The notes under the pieces: model-generated
Database searches by the model: none
Seen by the model: only the letters and a program-made list of their open reading frames with translations
What the model was told of the DNA's origin: nothing
Part shown: in pieces, positions 35,272-45,191 of the stretch
How positions within the stretch are numbered: position 1 is the first letter of the stretch
How the letters are laid out: each line of letters starts with the position of its first letter
Translations under genes and position numbers: made by a program
Assembly: GCA_964368135.1 (NCBI GenBank)
Contig: CAYIZI010000002.1
Coordinates: 16,241 to 80,240, forward strand
Length of the DNA: 64,000 nucleotides
Direction: 5' to 3'
DNA from: an uncultured Candidatus Saccharibacteria bacterium
GTDB taxonomy: Bacteria > Patescibacteriota > Minisyncoccia > 2-02-FULL-40-12

Positions 35272-37353
35272 ATGTCTGACGAACGGCTTACCGTTTATCT
35301 GGCTGACCTCACCCACACCGGCCAGCTAATCGCCACTAATTTCCATCCTTTGGCGATTGGGCTGATCGCTGCCTACGCCCAAAAAACGCTTGGCGACGCG
35401 GTGGAGGTTGAGCTTTTTAGGTATCCAGAAGATCTGAAGGCCGCCCTGGAAAGACGGCCGCCCCAAATTTTGGGGTTTTCAAACTACTCCTGGAACTGCA
35501 ATCTCGCTTACGAGTTTGCCAAGCGGGCAAAACAAAAGTATCCACGGACGGTCATTGTAGGCGGGGGTCCTAACTATGGGCTCTCAAGAGAAGAACAAGA
35601 AAGGTTCTGGCGCCGCTATCCCCTTCTTGATTTTTACGTAGTCAAAGAAGGAGAAATGAGCCTAATCGAGTTGATCGGTGCCTTGACTCGATATGAATTC
35701 AATGTGGCAGCCCTAAAGAACGACGGAACGATAATTCCCAACTGCCACTACGTTCAGGGCGGCAAATTCGTCTGCGGAGAGCTTCTTGATCGCCTCAAAA
35801 GCTTAGACGAAATTCCATCGCCTTACCTCGCCGGGTTGATGGACAAGTTCTTCGACAACATCCTCATCCCGATGACCCACACCACCCGAGGCTGCCCCTT
35901 TAGATGCACTTTCTGCACCGAGGGAGTAAGCTACTTCAACAGGGTGGCGAGGCGAGCTAACCTGGGCATTCTGGCTGAAGAGCTGGAATACATCGCCCGG
36001 AGAGTCGGAACGGTCCAGGATCTGATTATCACCGATGCGAACTTCGGGATGTTCAAAGAAGACATTGAAAAAGCGAAGATAATCGCCGTCATCCAGGCAA
36101 GACACGGCTGGCCACGGCACATTCATGTTTCTGGAGGAAAAAACCAGAAAGAGCGGCTCTTGGAAGTGGCTTCGCTGATCAATGGGGCCATGAACGTCGC
36201 GGCCTCGCTTCAGTCAACCGACAAACAGGTCCTGCTGAACATCAAACGCTCCAATATCTCGGTTGAAGAGCTCAGCCAGGTTGGACTAAAAGGAGGCGAA
36301 ATAGACGCCAACACCTATGCCGAAATCATTCTGGGGCTCCCGGGCGATTCTTTGAAAGCCCACACTCAAAGTCTTCGGGATGCGGTCAATGCCGGCTTGA
36401 GCTTCCTGCGGCTCTACCAGCTGATTATGCTCTACGACACCGAACTGAACACGCCGGAAACCCGAAGGGCTTTCGGGATGCAGACGAGGTTCCGGGTAAT
36501 GCCGCGGTGCTTTGGCCAGTATCAGCTTTTCAACGAAACTTTCCCTTGCGCCGAGACCGAAGAAATCTGCGTGGCCCAGGACTCGCTCTCTCTTGACGAC
36601 TACCTCTCCTGCCGGGAGCTGGACCTGACCGTGGAAATCGTCCACAATGTTCATCTCTTCAGAGAACTCTTCGGCCTCTGTAAAAGAATCAGTTTCCCCT
36701 GGTTTGACTTTCTGCTTCGGTTCCACGAAAGACACAAAGAGTATAGCCCGGCCCTGGCCGAGCTTTACGACAAATTCAGGGAAAACACTATTAGAGCATT
36801 GTGGGTGTCAGAAGAAGAAGCTCAAGCCTATGCCCAAGAACATCTCGAACAGTATATCTCGCACGAACTCGGGGTGAACGAGCTGTTCACGGCAAAAGCG
36901 GTAGCTTTCTTCCTCCTGCAGGACCAACTACGCGAGGCGCTCTTCAAAGAAACAAAGATACTCATGCAGGAACTTGGCCAGCTTGATCCAATGATGTCTT
37001 TGTATCTTGATGAGCTAAAGGAGTTTTCAAGACTCCGGAAAGGAGACCTTCTTAAAACCGAGGTTGGTCTTGAAGGAAAGTTCCACTTTGACTTCAGGGC
37101 CATAATGAGCCGGGATTTCTGCGTCGATCCCAGTGAGTACGTACTGGATTCGCCGCTTGTCTACCATTTCTCGCATAGCAATGAACAAAGGAAAGCGATT
37201 CAAAGCTATGTCCATCAGTATGGTCTGGGAGTGGTCGGACTCGGCCGAATCCTGATGCGAGCCCATGTAAAACGGCTCTTCCGGAACGTCACCAGGCCCG
37301 GAGAGCCAATCTCAACAGAACCTTCTCAAACAATGCACGCACTAAACCTTTAA
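35272..37353 (+). CDS. B12-binding-domain radical SAM enzyme
   Basis: HPLAIGLIAAY, GFSNYSWN and VGGGPN (cobalamin-type domain); TRGCPFRCTFC, DANFG and ILGLPG. Confidence 0.9.
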   Translation: MSDERLTVYLADLTHTGQLIATNFHPLAIGLIAAYAQKTLGDAVEVELFRYPEDLKAALERRPPQILGFSNYSWNCNLAYEFAKRAKQKYPRTVIVGGGPNYGLSREEQERFWRRYPLLDFYVVKEGEMSLIELIGALTRYEFNVAALKNDGTIIPNCHYVQGGKFVCGELLDRLKSLDEIPSPYLAGLMDKFFDNILIPMTHTTRGCPFRCTFCTEGVSYFNRVARRANLGILAEELEYIARRVGTVQDLIITDANFGMFKEDIEKAKIIAVIQARHGWPRHIHVSGGKNQKERLLEVASLINGAMNVAASLQSTDKQVLLNIKRSNISVEELSQVGLKGGEIDANTYAEIILGLPGDSLKAHTQSLRDAVNAGLSFLRLYQLIMLYDTELNTPETRRAFGMQTRFRVMPRCFGQYQLFNETFPCAETEEICVAQDSLSLDDYLSCRELDLTVEIVHNVHLFRELFGLCKRISFPWFDFLLRFHERHKEYSPALAELYDKFRENTIRALWVSEEEAQAYAQEHLEQYISHELGVNELFTAKAVAFFLLQDQLREALFKETKILMQELGQLDPMMSLYLDELKEFSRLRKGDLLKTEVGLEGKFHFDFRAIMSRDFCVDPSEYVLDSPLVYHFSHSNEQRKAIQSYVHQYGLGVVGLGRILMRAHVKRLFRNVTRPGEPISTEPSQTMHALNL

Positions 37354-37354
37354 C

Positions 37355-37403
37355 CACCTGAAAGGAGGTGTCATAAGAGGCGAAACCCACGCCTCTTCTT
37401 TTT
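37355..37403 (+). terminator. Tandem hairpins / intrinsic terminator
   Basis: cacct-gaaagg-aggtg followed by aagaggcg-aaaccca-cgcctctt and a T-run. Confidence 0.7.
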
Positions 37404-38600
37404 TTATTTTTTTATCAAATATGGCCAATCTAAAATTGACTCATCTGCATTATCTAAATCTAATCCCTTTTTCCATTTTTCTTTATTAACTTTATCTAAC
37501 AAATCTTCAAACTCTTTAATCAATAATTCCGGCGTTTCACGCTCCCAGATTAATTTTTGAAGCTCTTTATTCTGCCAAGGTAAAAGATTATCAGACTTGA
37601 ACCACCAGTTATAATTATAGCTGATATCCGGGGCATGAAAGCTTACAATAATATAGGGAATATTTTCACTCAAAATGGCAAAAGAAGCAGGTCCGGAAGA
37701 AGTAGCCATATAAAAAAGAGAATACTTGATAAATCCAAAAGTATGTTGGATATTAGTATTGTAATCCTGGGCAAAAATTAAGTTAGGCAGTTTTTGAAAC
37801 TCTTTTGGAATCTCACTTTTTCTACTCAATATAATGAAAGCAATATTTTTATGTTTCTTTGAACAATAATCAAAAAAATCCACCCAAGCACCTATTTTGG
37901 CGTTGCGGTGTTGGGCAAAAAATGGATTCATCCGCAAATTTACCGCAACTAGATATCTATCTTTGATATATTTTTTTATAAATGCTCTAACCCATAAGTT
38001 TGCAGCTTCGGGTAATTCAATCTCTGATAAAAATCTCTCCTTATTATAAAAGCGCCGCAAGAATCGGTAATAGCCGCGAGCAAAGCTTTGATTATTCGCA
38101 TATTTAAAAATTGAGGGACAGATAAAGTATCGGCTATGATTTTTAGCTAAGAATGACTCAAGCTCATCTTTTGAGTTAAAAATAAAAACCGAGCCAAGTT
38201 TCGGATTTACATTTAAAAGAGGAAAAAGCTCGGCTAAATGATAATGAAAATTATCTTTATTTATCCAAGAAGTGTACTTCCAATGGCCGACCGGACTTTC
38301 TGGGTTATAAACCAAAGCCATATCAATTTTATCAACCTTCCTAAGATGAGCCTCGCATAAAAGCCGGATCTGGAATTCAAGCATATTCCCGACAGCCACA
38401 TCAGTTACCTTAAAATCATTAATACCTAAAATTCTTTTTTCTTTTTCTACGGTTGGTATTTTTGACCGCTTTTTTATCATGTATGAAACCAAATGGAAAA
38501 AGCCTAAAAAATTCATTTTATACCAACGCTGATAGACTACGTATCTTAACCAATTAACTATCTTCTCTAAAAATTTTTGATTTTGTATTTCGAATTGCAT
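37404..38600 (-). CDS. Putative glycosyltransferase (weakly GT9-like)
   Basis: Operon position after wzx; C-terminal YMATSSGPASFA resembles the GT9 DSGPxH motif. Confidence 0.5.
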   Translation of the reverse strand: MQFEIQNQKFLEKIVNWLRYVVYQRWYKMNFLGFFHLVSYMIKKRSKIPTVEKEKRILGINDFKVTDVAVGNMLEFQIRLLCEAHLRKVDKIDMALVYNPESPVGHWKYTSWINKDNFHYHLAELFPLLNVNPKLGSVFIFNSKDELESFLAKNHSRYFICPSIFKYANNQSFARGYYRFLRRFYNKERFLSEIELPEAANLWVRAFIKKYIKDRYLVAVNLRMNPFFAQHRNAKIGAWVDFFDYCSKKHKNIAFIILSRKSEIPKEFQKLPNLIFAQDYNTNIQHTFGFIKYSLFYMATSSGPASFAILSENIPYIIVSFHAPDISYNYNWWFKSDNLLPWQNKELQKLIWERETPELLIKEFEDLLDKVNKEKWKKGLDLDNADESILDWPYLIKK

Positions 38601-38616
38601 TTCTTTTGCCTATTTC

Positions 38617-39879
38617 TTATATGGAGGTATATTTTTTCTTATCTTTTAAAAATAAAGTTAAAGTAATCAAACTTACGATTGTTGAGGTAGCTATTCTTGA
38701 AACGACCGCCCCCCAAAGACCGAATTTAGGAATTAAAATAATAAAAAAACCAAGAAGAGAAAAATCATTAAGCACTTTTAAAAAATACAGTCTTTTAACC
38801 TCCACTTTGGCAAGCCAGATATAATTAATAAATGAAAACATTACGAATACAATCGGAAGGGCTAAAATGATCGAGTATTTGACTGATCCCACATAAGCCG
38901 GGAAAAAAAATCTATAAGCCCACGGAAGGATGGTTATATAACCGATAACAATAAAAACCCCAGCCAAAGTAGCGAATAATAATTTTCTCCCAATTGCAGA
39001 ATATATTTCTGGATAGCTTCTTTTAGCAAACCTCGGCAGAGCTATTTCCGGAACAATCTCTACAAGCCCCTGAAGTTTTCTAATTGGAAGAAGGGCAAAT
39101 TTATAAATAGCTAACTCTACCGGACCAACTAAATGAAACATTAAAAGCTGGTCTATTCTTTTAACTATAACGCCGGCAATATTCATGAAAGTTAAATGCA
39201 TTCCAAAACGTTTAGTTTCAGCAGAAACCTTTCTATTATTTTGATATTTTTTGATGATCCAAAATAGAAAAATAAAATAAGCTAAAGATGAAGGAATAAA
39301 ATATGCCAAAAGAATATAAGGCACATAACTTGTATTAAAAAGAACAATAATCATTACTGCCACTGAAACCGATGTCACTACAGAGTTTACTAAAGGTATT
39401 TTTGAAAATAAACCCTTTGCCCTTAAAAAGTTGTAAAGAATCTTTGATATTAAACTAAAAGGTAAAAAAATAGAAACAATTAAAAAAGATAAGGCAAACA
39501 TATTATTGCCCATTTGAAGATAATACAAAGTGAAGCCGAGAGCGATTAAAGACGAAATCAGACCGTATCTTAATTTATACTGAACCCCTCTTTGGAGTTC
39601 TCCTTCAAAACCCTGGGCCACGCTTTTTGTAACCGCATACGGAAGTCCGCTGATTGCAAAAACTGCAAAAATTTCAACCCACGTTTGAATAAGACTATAT
39701 GTTCCATAAGCAGCCTGGGGAATTAATCTTGCAAATGCTATTGCTTGAATAAATGCTCCAACGTTGGAAATAACCTGGTCCAAAACCGACCAAGAGCCTC
39801 CCTTTAAAACATAATGAAAATCAATGCCAGTGATTTGAGTAAACTTATCTATATAAAATTTTATCTTGTTTTTAAGCAT
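38617..39879 (-). CDS. wzx: Oligosaccharide flippase
   Basis: About 12 TMs, ARLIPQAAYG, RIDQLL..VGPVELAIY and LIPKFGLWGA. Confidence 0.88.
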   Translation of the reverse strand: MLKNKIKFYIDKFTQITGIDFHYVLKGGSWSVLDQVISNVGAFIQAIAFARLIPQAAYGTYSLIQTWVEIFAVFAISGLPYAVTKSVAQGFEGELQRGVQYKLRYGLISSLIALGFTLYYLQMGNNMFALSFLIVSIFLPFSLISKILYNFLRAKGLFSKIPLVNSVVTSVSVAVMIIVLFNTSYVPYILLAYFIPSSLAYFIFLFWIIKKYQNNRKVSAETKRFGMHLTFMNIAGVIVKRIDQLLMFHLVGPVELAIYKFALLPIRKLQGLVEIVPEIALPRFAKRSYPEIYSAIGRKLLFATLAGVFIVIGYITILPWAYRFFFPAYVGSVKYSIILALPIVFVMFSFINYIWLAKVEVKRLYFLKVLNDFSLLGFFIILIPKFGLWGAVVSRIATSTIVSLITLTLFLKDKKKYTSI

Positions 39880-41263
39880 TAGTTTTTACTGAACCTAACA
39901 CATAAGAAGCTATTTTTTCGGCTGCCTTGCCGTCAAATTTCCAGCAGTAGGCCTGCTTAAAAACTTTCCTTTTGTCGCTGTCAAGCGAAGGGTCATCAAG
40001 ATATTTATTAATCCATTCAGCTAATTCTTCCTTATTCTTAACCAAAGGAGTCATCCCGAAACTCATCCAGGAAATTTGATTTTCTTCAAACCGCCATCTT
40101 CTTGGAAGGCTTCGTAGAAAGGGCACATCTTTTGGTTTTTCCCAGCCGTCAAAATTAATGGTAATCAACGGTTTATCAAATATTGATACATCAATAATAA
40201 TTGAAGACATAGAATTAATAATTAAAGAAGAATAATGCAAAGAGTCAAAAATATGCTGGAAAAAAGTTTCGTTATCCAGTTCGCCTTCTTTTTTGCCTTT
40301 CTCTAACTGGCTGGGTTTAGCCGGTCCGGGCGCATCAATTATAAAATTTTCGTCCGGCACAAATTTTGACAAATCAACCGGCAAAAAAGGATGGAGACGT
40401 ATAATAAACTGAACATCTTGAGGAATCTTTTTCTCCTTATATAAATCTTTCAATATTTGGCAGGTTTGCCAATCAGTATCAATAAAAAAATGGCCGGCCG
40501 GAGCGAATAAAATCAATCTTTTATTCGGATCGGCTCCTATTTTTTTATAGAAATCATCTCGCGGACTCGGTTTCATCTCCAAGTATTTTTCAAACTGGGG
40601 TATGCCGCTCAAACAAATAATATTTTCGCTGATATTGTGATACCTTAACATATCTTTTTTCATCACTTCATTGTGAACTATTAATTTGTCTGGAATAAAT
40701 CGCAGATAACCCACGGCTGTAGTGTTATCCCAAGACCGCAGCATAGCGACAGTTTTTATACCTAAATATTTAGTATTTTTAAGCAAAATTGAGTCGGAAT
40801 CATTAAAAACATCGGTCACAAAAACAATATCCGGATTATATCTATCAAAATAAACCTGGAACGGTCTGGGATTGTTTAATTTGTAATCAAGCCAGCGGAT
40901 AAATTTTTTAAACGGTGTGATGGGGGCAAAAATTTTCGTAAAAACAAGAGAAAAATAATATTTTGGTCTGTTCCCTACTTTCTTTAGGGCTTCCATTTTA
41001 TGAAACTTCATTACATTTGTATCAAGAAGCCATTCGGCCATTCTAATAAAAAACTTATTTCTCCCGCTTCTGATTTCCTGATTCAAATCAATTCCTTCAA
41101 CGATTACGTTGTCTTTTTGATAAATATCTCTAAAGTAATTTTCTTTGTCTTTAAAAACAAAAAGAACTACCCGTGCTTTCTTAGCCAAATTGTCTAAGAC
41201 GCCAGAATTTAAAATATTCTTGGTAACAAAAGGGTGAAAATTAGACAAAAAAATGGTTTTCAT
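39872..41263 (-). CDS. CDP-glycerol phosphotransferase (TagF)-like GT-B protein, candidate nonulosonate transferase
   Basis: Motifs SWDN, GIPQFE, IRLHP, SSIIID and DGKAAEKI. Confidence 0.65.
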   Translation of the reverse strand: MKTIFLSNFHPFVTKNILNSGVLDNLAKKARVVLFVFKDKENYFRDIYQKDNVIVEGIDLNQEIRSGRNKFFIRMAEWLLDTNVMKFHKMEALKKVGNRPKYYFSLVFTKIFAPITPFKKFIRWLDYKLNNPRPFQVYFDRYNPDIVFVTDVFNDSDSILLKNTKYLGIKTVAMLRSWDNTTAVGYLRFIPDKLIVHNEVMKKDMLRYHNISENIICLSGIPQFEKYLEMKPSPRDDFYKKIGADPNKRLILFAPAGHFFIDTDWQTCQILKDLYKEKKIPQDVQFIIRLHPFLPVDLSKFVPDENFIIDAPGPAKPSQLEKGKKEGELDNETFFQHIFDSLHYSSLIINSMSSIIIDVSIFDKPLITINFDGWEKPKDVPFLRSLPRRWRFEENQISWMSFGMTPLVKNKEELAEWINKYLDDPSLDSDKRKVFKQAYCWKFDGKAAEKIASYVLGSVKTNA

Positions 41264-42357
41264 AACAAACTTTTAACTTTGTTGATAATATAATCTTGCT
41301 CCTTTTTGGTTAAACTCGGGTAAAGAGGCAAAGTTATGGTTGAAAACCCAAGTTTTTCGGCAATCGGGAAGTCGCCTGGCTTAAAGCCAAATGTCTTCCG
41401 GTAATACGGCTCAAGGTGAATCGGATTAAAATGAATTGAGGTCTGAATACCGGCTTTTTTCAGTTCTTCCCTGATTTTATCTCGTTTCTCTGGCTCTACC
41501 CAAATTATAAACATATGATAAGCGTGTTTTGAATTTGGGACTTCTTTCGGAAAAAAAAGCCCATCTATATCTTTTAGTTTTGCCGCATAATACTTCCAAA
41601 GTTTTTTTCTTACTTGATATTGTTTGTCAATTCTCTTTAACTGGCCTAAAAGTAAAGCCGCCTGAAAACTGGTCAAAGAATACTTATAACCAAGCATGGT
41701 CATAAATCTGGCTTCGCCGGTTCTGACTACTCCGCCTTCGCCATATAATTTAAGTCTCTCGGCAGTTTCTTTATTATTTGATGTAGCTAATCCGCCTTCG
41801 CCAGAAGTAATATTTTTCGCCACATGAAAACTGAAACAGGCAGAAAAACTTTTTTGACCAGGCCTGATGCCGCCTCTCCTCGCCTCAATCGCATGGCAGG
41901 CATCTTCAATAATTTTCAATTTATACTTGTCGGCAGTCCTCTTTAAATTTTTCATATCAGCCATCTGGCCATAGAGATGAACCGGAATTATAGCTTTGGT
42001 CTTTTTAGTTATCGCTTTTTTTACTTTTGAAACATCAATCAAACCTGTTTCTGGTTCAACATCAACAAAAACCGGCTTGGCCCCGACATACAAAATCGCA
42101 TTACTTGTGGCGACATAAGATAAAGGGGTGGTAATTACTTCATCGCCTGGCCCCACTCCGGCCGCCAACAAAGAAACATGCAAAGCCGCTGTGCCGCTTG
42201 AATTTAAAACCGTGTCTTTTACTCCAAGATATTTGGCAAACTTTTCCTCAAACTCTTTTGAAATATTATTATAAGTCAGCCAGCCTGATTTGATGGCTTT
42301 GACTGCTTCTTTAATATCACTCTCGGTTATATATGGATTAAGAAATTGAATTTTCAT
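41260..42357 (-). CDS. DegT/DnrJ/EryC1/StrS PLP aminotransferase
   Basis: Motifs SSGTAALH, PVHLYGQ, IEDACHA and SFHVAKNITSGEGG. Confidence 0.93.
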   Translation of the reverse strand: MKIQFLNPYITESDIKEAVKAIKSGWLTYNNISKEFEEKFAKYLGVKDTVLNSSGTAALHVSLLAAGVGPGDEVITTPLSYVATSNAILYVGAKPVFVDVEPETGLIDVSKVKKAITKKTKAIIPVHLYGQMADMKNLKRTADKYKLKIIEDACHAIEARRGGIRPGQKSFSACFSFHVAKNITSGEGGLATSNNKETAERLKLYGEGGVVRTGEARFMTMLGYKYSLTSFQAALLLGQLKRIDKQYQVRKKLWKYYAAKLKDIDGLFFPKEVPNSKHAYHMFIIWVEPEKRDKIREELKKAGIQTSIHFNPIHLEPYYRKTFGFKPGDFPIAEKLGFSTITLPLYPSLTKKEQDYIINKVKSLL

Positions 42358-43075
42358 TGGAAAAAATTAATAATTTATACTTTGATTTTTTTGATCCGCT
42401 TAAGAAAGTAAACCACTCCCCTGCTTTGGTCAAAAAATAACTGACAAAATTAGCGCCCAGGTGATGGAAAAGAAAACTGTCTATAAAATTAACCGGCCTG
42501 ACTTCTTGAAGCTTTAAATTATGATTACCAAATCGTTCCACCAATTCTTTGGACGTCTCAACCTCTTTGTATCCTAAGCCTTTTTGAAATTCCGGTACTT
42601 CTTCTGGAAAATACTCAAGTAAAAAAATTTGAGCGCCTTTTTTCATTCTTTGGAAATAATTTAAAAGTGCCTCCCGGGATTCTTTGGGCATATGGACATA
42701 TACTGTGGTCATCACGACTGCATCTGCATTCTTAACCGCTTCTTCAGCGGCCGGACTTGGAACTGGTCCTTCTAAAAACTCAACTTTACTCTTACTGCCG
42801 TGCTTTCGCCTGGCTATTTCAATATTAAAAGGAAAATCAAAACCGTAAATTTTAGCGCCATCGTCAATTATTCTGCTTAACGCCGATGTGTAATCACCTA
42901 CTCCGCAGCCAATATCAACTATTGTTTTTAAACCCTTAAAATCGTTTCTTTTAAATGCGCTGGTCCTGATTTCAAAAGCATATTTATCTTGCCATTTGTT
43001 ATTGTAATGACAAGGACTGTCGCTTTTTTCAGCCTTTTCCTGCCAGTATTTTTTTACCCCTTCGTAATTATACAT
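42338..43075 (-). CDS. Class I SAM-dependent methyltransferase
   Basis: Motifs IVDIGCGVG, YGFDF and TVYVHM. Confidence 0.8.
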   Translation of the reverse strand: MYNYEGVKKYWQEKAEKSDSPCHYNNKWQDKYAFEIRTSAFKRNDFKGLKTIVDIGCGVGDYTSALSRIIDDGAKIYGFDFPFNIEIARRKHGSKSKVEFLEGPVPSPAAEEAVKNADAVVMTTVYVHMPKESREALLNYFQRMKKGAQIFLLEYFPEEVPEFQKGLGYKEVETSKELVERFGNHNLKLQEVRPVNFIDSFLFHHLGANFVSYFLTKAGEWFTFLSGSKKSKYKLLIFSNENSIS

Positions 43076-43079
43076 TGTC

Positions 43080-44219
43080 TTATTTATTGATTACTTGATT
43101 ATAAACATCAAGATAAAATTTCGCGGTATGATCCCAGGTATTTTTGGCGGCTTCGGAAACAGAATTTTTTATCATTTCTTGGTGTAATTTATGGTTGCCC
43201 AAAATTTTTCTTATTGCTTCGGCAATTCCTTGAATATTATCTTCATCAACTAAAAATCCATTGTAGCCGTCTTTAACCACATACTCAGAGCCAAAGCCAC
43301 GAGTGGTGATTACCGGTGCTCCAGAAGCCTGCGCTTCGTAGTAAACCATCGGAAACCCCTCAAAGGCGCCATCTCTTGTTTGAGCCGCCAAAACCATAAT
43401 CGCGCATCGATTATATAGCTCTCGAAGCTGGTCATCGGTCACCCGGCCAACAAAATGAACTTTATTTTCAAGGTTGTGTTTTTTTATCAGCTCTATTAAG
43501 TAGTTAACAAATCCTTCGGCTGATTTCGTTTCACCGACGACTTTATAGTGTAAATTCGGAAATTCATTTTTTAACAAAGCCAGCGCCTGAATAGTCACAT
43601 CAGCGCCCTTTCTGGGTTTGACTCCGCCAACTGTAAATATGAAAGGCGGGTCTTCTTTTTTAACATTTTCCATCTGATAAAAAGTTTTCGGATCAACTCC
43701 GAATGGGATAAACTTCCAAAATTTCAGCTTAACTACTTGTTCTATTAATTCAATATTTTTCAACGAACCGGTAGCCACCAACGAGGCGCGCTTATACATT
43801 AATTTCATCAGTTGTCTTTTTACAAAATCTTTAGGACTGTATCCGCGGGGTGGCACTGAATAGGTTCCGGCAATGGTCAAAAAAAATGGAATTCCTAAAA
43901 AAACACTGGCTAAAGCCGCCCCTGGCGCAAACGGTTCCATCATACTATGAATACCGTCACAGCCGCGAAAATACTTTAGAGAGTTTAAAAAAACATTTAA
44001 TTGGGTTTTCAAATTAAAACTATTGTCTTTAGTCGGCAAGACTTTATGGATTTTTAAAGTATCATTCTCATTGCTGGCATCTTTTCTGGTTAAGACAACG
44101 GTATCTACTTGTTTTGCCGCCGATTCTATTATCCCTTTTGAATATCTGTCCCAGCCGCCATGTGAAGATAAAGATGAAGTCACGTATCCAATTTTAAGTT
44201 TTTGTTGCATACCATTCAT
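43080..44219 (-). CDS. GT4 glycosyltransferase
   Basis: Motifs GGVKPRKG and EGFPMVYYEAQASG. Confidence 0.9.
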   Translation of the reverse strand: MNGMQQKLKIGYVTSSLSSHGGWDRYSKGIIESAAKQVDTVVLTRKDASNENDTLKIHKVLPTKDNSFNLKTQLNVFLNSLKYFRGCDGIHSMMEPFAPGAALASVFLGIPFFLTIAGTYSVPPRGYSPKDFVKRQLMKLMYKRASLVATGSLKNIELIEQVVKLKFWKFIPFGVDPKTFYQMENVKKEDPPFIFTVGGVKPRKGADVTIQALALLKNEFPNLHYKVVGETKSAEGFVNYLIELIKKHNLENKVHFVGRVTDDQLRELYNRCAIMVLAAQTRDGAFEGFPMVYYEAQASGAPVITTRGFGSEYVVKDGYNGFLVDEDNIQGIAEAIRKILGNHKLHQEMIKNSVSEAAKNTWDHTAKFYLDVYNQVINK

Positions 44220-45189
44220 AAGTTTTTTTCAATCCTTCTGCTAATTTAGTTTTAGGCTCCCAACCGACATCTTTCTTAATTTGTTTAATTTCAGGGCATC
44301 TTCTTTGAACACTGCCAAAAGGCGCTGAATCTGATTTTACCCTTCTTGGTTTCCAGCCAGCTACTTTAAAAAGATTTTTAGCCAAATCTCTAATTTTTAA
44401 TTCCTCTGATGTGCCGATATGATAAGTTCTCCCATCTGTCTTCTTTGATTCCATAACCATAATCATTGCTTTCACTGCATCATCTATGTAGCAAAACGAG
44501 CGCGTATGGCTGACTCCATAAATTGGAAAAGGATCAACTTTTTTATTAATTCTTTTGATAAGTTCGGGAATTACATGGTCACTTCCCGCTCTTGGTCCGT
44601 AAAAATTATGAGGTCTGACGATAGACATCCTGAACTTATAATGATTAGCATAGTGAATTAAAAACTGCTCTCCTATCAGTTTTGTGCCAGCATAAGTCCA
44701 GCGGGGGTTATAAACATCGGAAACCAAAAGAGGAACACTTTCCGGAGTTGGCACCGGCAGCTTACCGAACAAATCTAAAGCTCCGGCATAAGCCTCATTT
44801 GAAGAAGTAAACAGAATTTTGGCATTCTTCTTTTTATTCTTTCTTATAAACCAATCAAGAATATTTATTAAAGTTAAGATGTTAATCCGCAAAACCTCGT
44901 GAGGTATTTTGTAAAAATACTTCGTCCCATTGATTGCCGCAAGATGATAAACATAGTCATAACTGGAACCCAATTTTTTTATTGATTTAGGATCAGTTAA
45001 ATCAGCTTTAATAAACTTAACCCCCGGTCTTTTCAGTAGATTTAGAAAGTATTTATCTGGTTTCCCGCGGAAAAAATTATCAACTAAAACCACTTCCTCG
45101 CCCAAATCCAAAAGGCGCTTTGCTAAATGATAACCGACAAATCCGGCTCCGCCGGTAATTAAATTTTTCTTTTTATTGTTATTATCCAT
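44194..45189 (-). CDS. NAD-dependent epimerase/dehydratase (UDP-uronate epimerase/decarboxylase-like)
   Basis: Motifs TGGAGFVG, HLAAINGT, YAGTK and HNFYGPR. Confidence 0.9.
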   Translation of the reverse strand: MDNNNKKKNLITGGAGFVGYHLAKRLLDLGEEVVLVDNFFRGKPDKYFLNLLKRPGVKFIKADLTDPKSIKKLGSSYDYVYHLAAINGTKYFYKIPHEVLRINILTLINILDWFIRKNKKKNAKILFTSSNEAYAGALDLFGKLPVPTPESVPLLVSDVYNPRWTYAGTKLIGEQFLIHYANHYKFRMSIVRPHNFYGPRAGSDHVIPELIKRINKKVDPFPIYGVSHTRSFCYIDDAVKAMIMVMESKKTDGRTYHIGTSEELKIRDLAKNLFKVAGWKPRRVKSDSAPFGSVQRRCPEIKQIKKDVGWEPKTKLAEGLKKTYEWYATKT

Positions 45190-45191
45190 AA

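Noticed and set aside
37360-37370. Perfect SD GAAAGGAGGTG after the radical SAM stop as the start of another gene
   Set aside because: No start codon follows at a usable spacing, and it pairs with the upstream cacct as a hairpin.
16369-37397. Hairpins after GC-rich genes as integron attC sites
   Set aside because: No consistent RYYYAAC...GTTRRRY ends, the genes are not arrayed, and no IntI is present; most look like intrinsic terminators.
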